This document shows positions 19,257-28,182 of a stretch of 64,000 bases of DNA, piece after piece. The notes under the pieces were generated by a model. That model was given only the letters and a program-made list of their open reading frames with translations, made no database searches and was not told where the DNA came from. The stretch is taken from positions 1,979-65,978 of the forward strand of contig DAOTYY010000113.1 of assembly GCA_034434695.1 (NCBI GenBank), written 5' to 3'. The translations under genes and the position numbers were made by a program. How positions within the stretch are numbered: the first letter of the stretch is position 1; each line of letters begins with the position of its first letter. The DNA is from Anaerolineaceae bacterium (lineage in GTDB: Bacteria; Chloroflexota; Anaerolineae; Anaerolineales; Anaerolineaceae).

Positions 19257-20614
19257 AGTTCTACAAAGAATGACTCGGCTGCCCTATCAATGAGTTCGCG
19301 TGTCATTGCAGGTTCAACAGCCATATAGCGAGCAATATCTAAAATTTGATCACAAATATCACGTGGATGAGAAGCGCGTAATTTTCGGTTACGCTTGATG
19401 TACCATTCTTGCAGCAAATAAGCCAATCCCTGATCGCTGTAGGCAATACCTTTTTGTGCCGCAACCCGGCGAAAAATCTCGCGGTACTCCTCGTAATTGG
19501 GATCGCCAATCTCAACTTTATGCCGCAACCGGCGCAGAAAAGCTTCATCCACCAACTCCTTTGGAGGAAGATTGGTGGAGAAGATAATTAAGACATCAAA
19601 TGGAACCTCGATTTTTCGCCCAGTGTGTAGTGTGAGATAATCAAAACGACTCTCAAGCGGTACAATCCAACGATTGAGCAAATCCCGCGGCCGAACTAAC
19701 TGACGGCCAAAATCGTCTATCAGCAAAATGCCACCATTCGCTTTCACCTGGAAAGGCGCTTCATAATACTTGTGAACATCGTCAAAAACCAGATCCAACC
19801 CTGCCAATGTCAGCTCGCCTCCAACCACTACGAAAGGTCGGCGAATGCGAATCCAGCGCAGATCGCGCCGCGTTCCACTGCGTAACCCTCCTGTGCCCAA
19901 CGGGCTGACTTCATCTTCCGGGACCGCCTGATGGTTATTCGTGTCATACAGTTTGATCACCTGTCCATCAACATAAATTGAATAGGGAATGTAAATTGTC
20001 TGACTTAGCACCAAATTGCCGATTGCACGTGCTACGCTTGTCTTTCCGTCCCCGGGAGGTCCGAAAAGAAAAATTGAAGTGCCAGAATTAACCGCAGGCC
20101 CCAACTTATGAAACGTCTTTTCAGAAAGTACCAGTGAAGATAATACCTGTCTCATGATCCGACTCGTCACTTGCAACCGTCCACGGCTCTGCTTTCTGCA
20201 GGCTTCGTTATAAGCCGATAGAGGTACAGGCGCTGGACCTGCATACTGACTTCGTTCGAGCGCTTCGCGTGCACGGGAAATTCCTGCCCCCGTAATAGCA
20301 TACTGATAAGCACCCTCACCAATTCCAGTCTGAGAAGAACGCACCTCAATTAACTTTTCGCGCTTCAAAGCATCCAAAACCTGATCAATTACACCGGTAA
20401 AAGGTAGAGCGACTTCTTCAGCAATTTTAAATCCACTCAGATAGCCCTGAAAATACATTACCTTCAGCACAAGATCTTGTAGCCACAAGAAAGATAGACC
20501 CGTATCCTCAACCTTACGGACTGGTGGTGGAAGATAAGCCGATTGACCACCAGTAACCGGTATCGAGTTACCAGGGGTTGTTGTTGATACTCCAGTTTTG
20601 GCAGGCATGCTCAT
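19253..20614 (-). CDS. AAA+ ATPase with an N-terminal ~170-aa non-ATPase domain
   Basis: Walker A is GPPGDGKT, Walker B is ILLIDDFGRQ and sensor-1 is IIFSTN. GGAGGG lies 7 nt upstream of the ATG at 20614. The track ORF starts at TTG 20629. Confidence 0.75.
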   Translation of the reverse strand: MSMPAKTGVSTTTPGNSIPVTGGQSAYLPPPVRKVEDTGLSFLWLQDLVLKVMYFQGYLSGFKIAEEVALPFTGVIDQVLDALKREKLIEVRSSQTGIGEGAYQYAITGAGISRAREALERSQYAGPAPVPLSAYNEACRKQSRGRLQVTSRIMRQVLSSLVLSEKTFHKLGPAVNSGTSIFLFGPPGDGKTSVARAIGNLVLSQTIYIPYSIYVDGQVIKLYDTNNHQAVPEDEVSPLGTGGLRSGTRRDLRWIRIRRPFVVVGGELTLAGLDLVFDDVHKYYEAPFQVKANGGILLIDDFGRQLVRPRDLLNRWIVPLESRFDYLTLHTGRKIEVPFDVLIIFSTNLPPKELVDEAFLRRLRHKVEIGDPNYEEYREIFRRVAAQKGIAYSDQGLAYLLQEWYIKRNRKLRASHPRDICDQILDIARYMAVEPAMTRELIDRAAESFFVEL

Positions 20615-20680
20615 AAGCAATCCCTCCAATTAAAAAGTTCTACAAAACCAGTCTACATCAAAGTATTATAGCATGCTCTC

Positions 20681-20709
20681 TTGCTTACCCTCATGCCCTG
20701 CGATATAAT
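20681..20709 (+). promoter_or_regulatory. Sigma-70-type promoter for efp
   Basis: TTGCTT, a 17-nt spacer and TATAAT lie about 37 nt upstream of the efp ATG. Confidence 0.5.
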
Positions 20710-20745
20710 CAATCAGCCAAACTAAGAACTCCAAAGGTAAAAACT

Positions 20746-21303
20746 ATGATTGATGTAAATGATCTTCGTAAAGGTGTTACATTCGAGTTGGATGGGAACC
20801 TATATAAAGTTTTAGATTATGAACATAATAAACCTGGGCGTGGAAATGCAACTATTCGTATCAAAGCACGCAACCTTCGTACTGGTGCCACTATTGAAAA
20901 GACTTTTATTTCTGGCAACCGGGTGCAAGATGTGCGTCTTGAATACCAGACTGTTCAGTATCTCTACCGAGACGGCCCCTTTTTCTATTTCATGAATACC
21001 GAAACCTATGAGCAGCCCGCTGTGCCAGCAGAAGTCATTGACGATGCGGCAGGATTTTTGAAAGAGGGAATGGAAGTAAAACTCACTATCTATAATAACG
21101 AGGTGATTGATATTGAACTACCCACATCAGTTGACTTGAAAGTTACACAAGCTGATGTTGCAGTCAAAGGTGATACTGCCACAGGCGTTACAAAGCGAGT
21201 CACATTGGAAACCGGTGTAGAAGTGGATGTGCCCTATTTTGTTAATGAGGGCGATACGATTAGAGTAGATACGCGTACCGGTACATATGTTACCCGTGTC
21301 TAA
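20746..21303 (+). CDS. efp: Translation elongation factor P
   Basis: The sequence MIDVNDLRKGVTFELDGNLYKVLDYEHNKPGRGNATIRIKARNLRTG is typical of EF-P, and the protein is 185 aa. Confidence 0.95.
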   Translation: MIDVNDLRKGVTFELDGNLYKVLDYEHNKPGRGNATIRIKARNLRTGATIEKTFISGNRVQDVRLEYQTVQYLYRDGPFFYFMNTETYEQPAVPAEVIDDAAGFLKEGMEVKLTIYNNEVIDIELPTSVDLKVTQADVAVKGDTATGVTKRVTLETGVEVDVPYFVNEGDTIRVDTRTGTYVTRV

Positions 21304-21319
21304 AATTGGTAAAAAATCG

Positions 21320-21358
21320 TTTAGAGTCTGTCTCTGATCACAGGAGACAGACTCTAAA
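21320..21358 (+). terminator. Strong stem-loop downstream of efp (terminator-like)
   Basis: The 13-bp perfect arms TAGAGTCTGTCTC / GAGACAGACTCTA enclose a 9-nt loop and are extended by TT/AA. Only a short U-run follows on the plus strand. Confidence 0.5.
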
Positions 21359-21377
21359 AATTTAAGGAGCAACTCTC

Positions 21378-21716
21378 ATGCGTACCCCCGCTGGATTTGA
21401 ATGTCGGTTCTTTTACGGGGATTATTACCGGGGTAGAAAGCTCGAAGAATGCCGCTTGATTGGCAACACAAAATCACCGCATCATTGGACATCCAATCTG
21501 TGTAAAACCTGCCCTGTTCCCCGTATTCTTCAGGCAAATGCCTGTACAAATATGGTTTTATCTGCTAATGTTACAGGACTCGCCTTTGGATTGGGACGAC
21601 GTGTAAAAATCAGAGCACACTGCACACTCACTAAAGCCAATGTAAAACAACCAGAAATTGGCTGCGGTCAATGCCATCCATTACCAGACATTTTTGCACC
21701 AAACGTACACCGCTAA
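21378..21716 (+). CDS. Hypothetical Cys-rich protein (8 Cys, 112 aa)
   Basis: AAGGAG lies 8 nt upstream of the ATG. Cys pairs are CKTC and CGQC, plus four single Cys. I recognise no family. Confidence 0.5.
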   Translation: MRTPAGFECRFFYGDYYRGRKLEECRLIGNTKSPHHWTSNLCKTCPVPRILQANACTNMVLSANVTGLAFGLGRRVKIRAHCTLTKANVKQPEIGCGQCHPLPDIFAPNVHR

Positions 21717-22802
21717 TCATCCTCTGCCATTGCCAGGTGTGAGCACTTCTCTGCCGGAAGTCCCTCTTGTACCGTTTGTAGGGGGTTCCACCCGAAAAGC
21801 GCCCAAAATACGGCGCACCAGATCGTAAACAAGATTCTGACGGAAACCAGCCACCCAAGCCAACAGATATACAACAAGCGCAGAGTTTATGACAGTTACC
21901 TCTGAACTACTACCAGCCGTCAGGGTGAAAAAGCCCGCCTGTATCACAATAAATATAAAAGCACCCAAAGGAACACCCAGAATGGGATTGGTATAGTACC
22001 ATAGAGCGTGTTGATGATCAAAATCCTGCCAATCAGCCACATGTCGCCACAATACAAACAACGCTCCAACAATTCCCCCCATGGCACCCCAAATCATAGA
22101 ATTGATCAGTTGAGCAACATTGATAGACATGACCACGCGGCTAATCAAAGAAGCGCTTGGGGCAATGTTAACAAAATAAAACATTGCCCCAAGAAAAAGC
22201 AGCCATAAAACCTCATACGCGAGAATCCATGGAACATATTTCTTGGAAGACTCTCGCATGCGCGGCATAAAATCCAGACGATGCTCAACTTCCGCCAGCA
22301 ACCTATCGGCTTCTTCATAATTTTCCTTACCAGCCAGCAAATAATTACGTGCCTGTTGAATGAGGTTAAGCAGACTAGCAGCTAATTCTATATTGTTAAT
22401 TTCTCGGTTAATTCTGCTTTGCGCTTCTTCGGTCCTCTGCCAGAACCGATCAATACGGGCACGCAGGATCAGCCTGTCCAACATTTTTTCGTCTGCGGGC
22501 AATGCAGGTATGGGCACCACTTCCAATGGGACACCACTACCCAATTCTTCTTCCGTTATCATTGGCTCGTAGGCATGCATCGCTTCATCTCTGATGACTT
22601 CAGCCTCACCCCCAATCACCCCCCCAACACCTGGAAGTTCCCCTTCTTCGCCCACAATTGGCTCTGTTGAAACAATCGGTTGTTCGCTCTCATCTGCACG
22701 AGGCAACTCTCTATCCTGCGTATTATCACCCAAGGGCTCAGTCTTTTCTTCACCGAATGGTTGATACATTCCCATTTTTAACACCTCCTTACCACTTATC
22801 AA
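21717..22802 (-). CDS. Hypothetical membrane protein (acidic N-terminal region, coiled coil, 4-5 TM)
   Basis: The ORF is long and has hydrophobic helices in the C-terminal half (VPWILAYEVLWLLFLGAMFYF and others). I recognise no family. Confidence 0.55.
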   Translation of the reverse strand: MISGKEVLKMGMYQPFGEEKTEPLGDNTQDRELPRADESEQPIVSTEPIVGEEGELPGVGGVIGGEAEVIRDEAMHAYEPMITEEELGSGVPLEVVPIPALPADEKMLDRLILRARIDRFWQRTEEAQSRINREINNIELAASLLNLIQQARNYLLAGKENYEEADRLLAEVEHRLDFMPRMRESSKKYVPWILAYEVLWLLFLGAMFYFVNIAPSASLISRVVMSINVAQLINSMIWGAMGGIVGALFVLWRHVADWQDFDHQHALWYYTNPILGVPLGAFIFIVIQAGFFTLTAGSSSEVTVINSALVVYLLAWVAGFRQNLVYDLVRRILGAFRVEPPTNGTRGTSGREVLTPGNGRG

Positions 22803-22875
22803 TAAACAAAACTCATCTCAATGCCCTTTCACAGTATAGATGATGTAAAATAATAAGTCAATCACAAGTTTGCTT

Positions 22876-23000
22876 GTGATTGTTCCAAATTTGGTAGATA
22901 AGCGTTCACCCCCTCCATATTTGGGGGATAATGGACGGTATTGATTTGATAGCCAGATATAGCGGTTGCCAGTTAAGTTGACCAGTTTCGGAACAGTCAC
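22876..23000 (+). mobile_element. MITE-like repeat, copy A (125 bp, most diverged)
   Basis: It starts GTGATTGTTCCAAATTTGGTAGATA and ends CAGTTTCGGAACAGTCAC. It aligns along its whole length with the copies at 42555-42673 and 54499-54617. Confidence 0.75.
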
Positions 23001-23185
23001 GTTCACTGACATATTATTTTAGACGAACATATAATTATCTGGACACACAACAAATTTTATAAGAATCTTCTTAATTATTTGCACAGACACTATTCAATAT
23101 CTGGCAACACTGTATAGAGATTGGTATAATCCAAGTGAAAGTTTCGCAAGCTACGATTCAGTTTGCGAAAACTTGGGAGGTTTAT

Positions 23186-25045
23186 GTGAATTCTCGTAAT
23201 CAATCTTATTTCATCTATGTTCTGTTGTTCATTGCCATTATTGCAATGTTAATTTACAGCTTTGGCGTTCAAGGAACAGGACAGGAAGCTTTATCAATTA
23301 ACAAAGTAGCAGATGAACTGAAAGCTGGAAATATCAAGCGTATCGTCGAGGACGAAAACCGCTTGACAATAACTTTCGCCGATGGTTCTCAGGGTAAATC
23401 AACGAAAGAATCCAGCGCCACATTAGTCGAACAACTGCTACAACTGGGAGTAACTCCTGAACAACTGACTTCTAGCAAAGTGGATATTGAAATCAAACCG
23501 CCCAGCGCGTGGATGAGTATTTTAACCGTTCTTGGTTACGTTCTACCCTTCTTAATTTTGGCAGGGGCATTCTTCTTTATATTCCGTCAAGCACAAGGCA
23601 GCAATAACGCTGCAATGTCATTTGGCAAATCTCGCGCCCGCATGTTTACCGGTGATCAACCGACTGTCACCTTCGAGGATGTGGCAGGAATAGAGGAAGC
23701 CAAGGAAGAACTCAAAGAAGTGGTCGAATTTCTGCGTGAACCACAAAAGTTTATTTCGCTGGGTGCACGTATTCCCAAAGGTGTCTTGCTGGTTGGACCT
23801 CCAGGTACCGGTAAAACCCTGTTGGCAAAAGCAGTTTCCGGTGAGGCGGGTGTTCCTTTCTTTTCAATTTCCGGTTCAGAGTTCGTAGAAATGTTCGTTG
23901 GCGTTGGGGCTTCGCGTGTACGCGACTTATTCGATCAAGCTAAACGCCACTCGCCCTGTATTGTCTTCGTCGATGAAATTGACGCAGTAGGTCGTCAGCG
24001 CGGCGCCGGGCTGGGTGGCAGCCATGACGAACGTGAACAGACCCTGAACCAGATGTTGGTTGAGATGGATGGTTTTGACACGGACACCAATATCATCATT
24101 ATGGCTGCCACTAACCGTCCAGACATCCTTGATCCAGCTCTGCTGCGTCCGGGTCGCTTTGATCGCCGTGTAATCCTGGATCGTCCAGATGTACGGGGAC
24201 GCGAGGCTATTTTAAGAGTGCACGTCAAGGGAAAACCTCTGGCTCCTGACGTCGATCTCAATGTTTTAGCTCGAGCCACACCTGGATTTGTCGGTGCTGA
24301 TCTGGAAAATCTTGTCAACGAAGCCGCTATTTTGGCAGCGCGCCGCAATAAACGTGTGATCACCCAAACCGAATTTGAAGAAGCCATTGAGCGCGTAATT
24401 GCCGGTCCTGAGCGCAAAAGCCGTTTGATCAGTGAAGAAGAAAAGCGTATTGTTGCCTACCATGAGGCAGGGCACGCAGTGGTCATGAATACTCTGCCCG
24501 AAGCCGACCCCGTTCAGAAGGTTTCTATCATTGCCCGCGGCATGGCTGGCGGCTATACGCTGGCACTTCCACAAGAAGACCGCATACTTATGTCTCGCAA
24601 AAAACTGATGGCTGAGATGATAGGCTTGCTGGGTGGGCGTGCGGCTGAGGAACTGGTCTTTGATGATATTACATCAGGGGCTTCAAATGATATCGAACGG
24701 GTAACCCAATTAGCACGCGCGATGGTCACTCGGCTGGGAATGAGTGAACAACTTGGTCCAATGATTTACGGACAAAAGGAAGAGCTGATTTTTCTTGGCA
24801 GGGAGATTGCCGAACAACGTGATTACTCTGAGGCAGTTGCCATGCAAATTGATCAAGAAGTGCGGCGTTTGGTTAACGAAGCATTCCAGAAAGCCAAAGA
24901 AATTTTGAACCAGTATCGCGATAAGCTGGATGCAGTTGCCCAACGCCTTTTGGAAGTAGAGACAATCTCAAGAGAAGAGTTTGAATCCATCTTTCCGCCC
25001 CCCGTTCCTAAAAAGAGTGGAACACCAGCGCCAGTTTTGCACTAA
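23186..25045 (+). CDS. ftsH: ATP-dependent zinc metalloprotease FtsH
   Basis: Walker A is GPPGTGKT, the SRH is [20 protein letters not shown], and the Zn site is [14 protein letters not shown] lies 5 nt upstream of GTG 23186, and TGGTATAAT sits at about 23122-23130. The track ORF opens at 23135. Confidence 0.95.
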   Translation: MNSRNQSYFIYVLLFIAIIAMLIYSFGVQGTGQEALSINKVADELKAGNIKRIVEDENRLTITFADGSQGKSTKESSATLVEQLLQLGVTPEQLTSSKVDIEIKPPSAWMSILTVLGYVLPFLILAGAFFFIFRQAQGSNNAAMSFGKSRARMFTGDQPTVTFEDVAGIEEAKEELKEVVEFLREPQKFISLGARIPKGVLLVGPPGTGKTLLAKAVSGEAGVPFFSISGSEFVEMFVGVGASRVRDLFDQAKRHSPCIVFVDEIDAVGRQRGAGLGGSHDEREQTLNQMLVEMDGFDTDTNIIIMAATNRPDILDPALLRPGRFDRRVILDRPDVRGREAILRVHVKGKPLAPDVDLNVLARATPGFVGADLENLVNEAAILAARRNKRVITQTEFEEAIERVIAGPERKSRLISEEEKRIVAYHEAGHAVVMNTLPEADPVQKVSIIARGMAGGYTLALPQEDRILMSRKKLMAEMIGLLGGRAAEELVFDDITSGASNDIERVTQLARAMVTRLGMSEQLGPMIYGQKEELIFLGREIAEQRDYSEAVAMQIDQEVRRLVNEAFQKAKEILNQYRDKLDAVAQRLLEVETISREEFESIFPPPVPKKSGTPAPVLH

Positions 25046-25060
25046 TTTTTTACGCAAAAA

Positions 25061-25100
25061 ATCAGGTGTGGAACGTTTTATTAGCGTCTCCACACCTGAT
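25061..25100. terminator. Bidirectional terminator-like hairpin between convergent ftsH and miaA
   Basis: ATCAGGTGTGGA ... TCCACACCTGAT are 12-bp perfect arms, flanked by AAAAA on the plus strand (TTTTT on the minus strand). The right arm overlaps the last miaA codons. Confidence 0.55.
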
Positions 25101-26022
25101 GATTTCTGATAAGAACTTCTACTTGCTCCAGTGTTCCATCTTGCATATCAAACCAATGGATAGAAGGATCAGTATCCTTAAACCAGTTTGACTGCCGGCG
25201 AACAAACTGGCGCGTCGAACGTTTGATATCTGCAACAGCTTCTTCAAGCGAACATTTCCCCTGTAAATATTGGATAATCTGGCGGTACCCAATCGCCGAG
25301 AACGCTGGCAAATCTGGGCTATAACCGCGGTCAAGTAAAGATTGTACTTCCTCAATCAACCCCTTTGCGATCATTTGATCAATTCGCTCATCAATGCGAT
25401 GATATAACTCTGCGCGGGGTCGTCTTAAACCAACCATCAAAACGCTATAGGGTGAAGTCGTTTGCCGGCGCTGTTCAGCAAAACGCTTGCCAGTGCGCAA
25501 AATAACCTCAAGCGCCCGTACAGTCCGACGCAAATTCCTGGGGTCAATTCTGTTGGCTGCCTCTGGGTCTATGAGTGCCAGTCTACGATGTAACTCAAAC
25601 GGTCCAATAGACTTCGCCCATTTCTCCAACAAATCTCGAAGCCGCAAATCCGGTGGCTGTTTGGGTGGATTCCAGCCTTCAATGATCGCCCTGACATATT
25701 GCCCTGTGCCACCGACCAGAAGAGGAAGCTTGCCTCTGGCATGAATATCGGCTATCACTTGATACGCCATTTGCTGAAATACTGCCAAAGACAAGGTTTC
25801 AGCGGGATCAACCACATCAATGAGATGATGTGGCACTCTAACTCGGTCTGCTTGTGAAGGTTTGGCTGTGCCAATATTCATGCCGCGATAAAAGAGGCGC
25901 GAATCCGCCGAAACAATCTCACCATGCAAACGCTCTGCTAAACGAATCGAAAATTCAGTTTTTCCAACCGCCGTTGGACCAACGATAACCAGAAGCGGCG
26001 AAGGAACATCAACCAATTGCAT
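25081..26022 (-). CDS. miaA: tRNA dimethylallyltransferase
   Basis: The P-loop is VIVGPTAVGKTEFS. Other motifs are IVSADSRLFYRGMNIGTAKP, HHLIDV and GGTGQY. The track ORF extends to 26037. Confidence 0.92.
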   Translation of the reverse strand: MQLVDVPSPLLVIVGPTAVGKTEFSIRLAERLHGEIVSADSRLFYRGMNIGTAKPSQADRVRVPHHLIDVVDPAETLSLAVFQQMAYQVIADIHARGKLPLLVGGTGQYVRAIIEGWNPPKQPPDLRLRDLLEKWAKSIGPFELHRRLALIDPEAANRIDPRNLRRTVRALEVILRTGKRFAEQRRQTTSPYSVLMVGLRRPRAELYHRIDERIDQMIAKGLIEEVQSLLDRGYSPDLPAFSAIGYRQIIQYLQGKCSLEEAVADIKRSTRQFVRRQSNWFKDTDPSIHWFDMQDGTLEQVEVLIRNHQVWRR

Positions 26023-26407
26023 TTTCAAACCATTCAACTTTCACCAGTTTACCATTGGGCTTTCCCTCAATGGCAATAACATCAATGCGCCATGACAGAT
26101 CACCTAAGTCGGCATGAGACTGAAGATACGCTTCAGCCGACTGGACCAAACGAACTTGCTTTGAGGGCGAAACTGCTATCTCAGGAAACCCAAAGCTATC
26201 AGTGGTTCTGGTCTTTACTTCCACAAAAACCAACACATCCCCTTGTCTGACCACTAAATCCAGTTCGCCATACGGCGTATGAATATTTCGGTCAAGTACA
26301 ATCCACCCGCGATCAACAAGATATGCTTCTGCATACTGCTCTCCCCAACGTCCAATAAGCCGATTATGATCTTTCATGCACTTTGTCACTATCCCTACAT
26401 CTCTCAA
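26009..26407 (-). CDS. YraN-family (UPF0102) endonuclease-like protein
   Basis: The sequence is GEQYAEAYLVDRGWIVLDRNIHTPYGELDLVV...LVFVEVKTRT. Confidence 0.8.
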   Translation of the reverse strand: MRDVGIVTKCMKDHNRLIGRWGEQYAEAYLVDRGWIVLDRNIHTPYGELDLVVRQGDVLVFVEVKTRTTDSFGFPEIAVSPSKQVRLVQSAEAYLQSHADLGDLSWRIDVIAIEGKPNGKLVKVEWFENAIG

Positions 26408-26485
26408 ACGTAAATCTCTAGAAGAGTATATAATAACGTTATAAAAGTGTATCCTGTATTCGCCTTATCAACTGATGAGGTCAAG

Positions 26486-26989
26486 ATGGGCAAATATACG
26501 AACTTCTTGCGTGATACGGATCTTTTCTACAACCTAACACCCACCCAGCTCGAATTGATCGAAAATATCTGTGAGAAACGCATTTATCAGGCTGGTGAAA
26601 CAATTTTTGAGGAAAATGCCCATGAGAACGAATTATACATTATCTACCGCGGGCAAGTTGAAATCTCAGTTAGCCCTTCTCTGGTTGCGCCGCACATGAG
26701 TACAGAGGTCCATTCTGAGTCTGTAGCCAGATTGCTACGCGGACAGTCCTTTGGCGAAGTTGCCCTTGTAGATGAAGGTATCCGAACTGGAACAGCAAAA
26801 GCCAGAGAAAAAAACACCATCCTCTTACGAATTCCAAGACAAAAATTGATTATGCTTTGCAATACATACCCGGAATTGGGGTATCGTGTAATGTACAACC
26901 TGGCTGCAGACCTGGCGGGTAAGATTCGCAATGCTGATCTAAAAATACGCGAGGTATTGTTGTATCAGAAAAACCAGTCCAAGACTTAG
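26486..26989 (+). CDS. Stand-alone cyclic-nucleotide-binding domain protein
   Basis: The cNMP-binding signature is FGEVALVDEGIRTGTAKA, preceded by a beta-roll-like segment. The track ORF opens at GTG 26447. Confidence 0.8.
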   Translation: MGKYTNFLRDTDLFYNLTPTQLELIENICEKRIYQAGETIFEENAHENELYIIYRGQVEISVSPSLVAPHMSTEVHSESVARLLRGQSFGEVALVDEGIRTGTAKAREKNTILLRIPRQKLIMLCNTYPELGYRVMYNLAADLAGKIRNADLKIREVLLYQKNQSKT

Positions 26990-27007
26990 TGGTATTTATA
27001 GGGTATC

Positions 27008-28159
27008 ATGACTACGGCTGAAATTGTCGCAATTGGGACCGAATTGCTTTTAGGGGAAATCCAAGATACGAATACTCGTTATTTGGCACGACACTTGAGA
27101 GATATTGGGATTGATTTGTATCGCGCCACAATCGTTGGTGACAATCCTAACCGAATTGCTCAGGCTGTTCGGGAATCTTTGGCACGCGCCGACCTCGTCA
27201 TCACCACGGGCGGCTTGGGACCAACTATTGATGATCCTACCCGCCAGGCAGTCGCCCAGGCAGCAGGTGTACCTCTTGAGTTCCGCCCCGAGTTATGGGA
27301 GCAAATCCAGAACCGCTTTGCGCGCTATGGGCGAAAAGCAACTGAAAATAACCGCCGTCAGGCTTATATTCCAAAAGGCGCGGTTGCTGTTGAAAACCCA
27401 ATTGGCACTGCACCAGCGTTCATTGTAGAAAAAGAACTGCAAACCATCATTAGCCTACCAGGTGTTCCTAGAGAACTGGAATACCTCTGGAAACAGCAAA
27501 TTTTACCTTATCTAAAACACCGTTATCGCCTTCATAGCCTTATAAAAGTACGTGTGATTCATCTTGCGGGTATTGGCGAATCGCAAGTGGACGAATGGAT
27601 CAGCGACCTGGAAACTCAAGATAATCCTACGGTTGGTTTGCTTGCGCACCCCGGGCAAATTGATATTCGTGTTGCAGCAAAAGCAGAGAGCGAAGAGCAG
27701 GCTGACCACCTGATTAATCTTGCTGAAACGGTGGTGCGGGAGAGGTGCGGAGATCATATTTACGGTACAGATACAACGACTCTGGAACAGGTAGTTATAG
27801 AAAAACTAATGGCTCGGCGCTGGAATCTCACCATAATAGAATGCGGGTTGTCAGGCGCTTTAAGCGCGCGACTGACCGAACCTTCCGCTGTCACTGTCAC
27901 CCCAGGAATCAAGATACTCTCGCGGCAATGTGAGAATAATCTTGAATATCAGCAAATTATCCAATCACGTCAGATGTTTGGGACCGAAATTATTTTCGGT
28001 GCATGCCTGCAACCCGGCAGCGAGAAGCTGGAATTAAGTCTGGTGCTGTTCTTACCCCAACAAGTCAAAGAAACTTCCCGCTTCTTTGGCGGACATCCCG
28101 CGAATGCTGTGCTTTGGTCGGTCAATATGGCGCTAGATTACTTGCGTAGAAACCTATAA
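27008..28159 (+). CDS. cinA: CinA-like protein (MoCF-binding N-domain; divergent C-terminal PncC-like domain)
   Basis: The N-terminus reads AEIVAIGTELLLGEIQDTNTRYLARHL...VITTGGLGPTIDD. In the C-terminal domain the usual AESCTGG is replaced by IECGLSG. Confidence 0.8.
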   Translation: MTTAEIVAIGTELLLGEIQDTNTRYLARHLRDIGIDLYRATIVGDNPNRIAQAVRESLARADLVITTGGLGPTIDDPTRQAVAQAAGVPLEFRPELWEQIQNRFARYGRKATENNRRQAYIPKGAVAVENPIGTAPAFIVEKELQTIISLPGVPRELEYLWKQQILPYLKHRYRLHSLIKVRVIHLAGIGESQVDEWISDLETQDNPTVGLLAHPGQIDIRVAAKAESEEQADHLINLAETVVRERCGDHIYGTDTTTLEQVVIEKLMARRWNLTIIECGLSGALSARLTEPSAVTVTPGIKILSRQCENNLEYQQIIQSRQMFGTEIIFGACLQPGSEKLELSLVLFLPQQVKETSRFFGGHPANAVLWSVNMALDYLRRNL

Positions 28160-28182
28160 CTTGTGTCTTTTAAGGAGAGAGA

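Noticed and set aside
22818-23012. Small minus-strand ORFs at 22818-23012 and 42485-42673 share the peptide PKLVNLT...STKFGTIT, which suggested a small protein family.
   Set aside because: The similarity is entirely due to the nucleotide repeat (MITE copies A and B). The third copy has no equivalent ORF, the starts and stops differ between copies, and there is no RBS.
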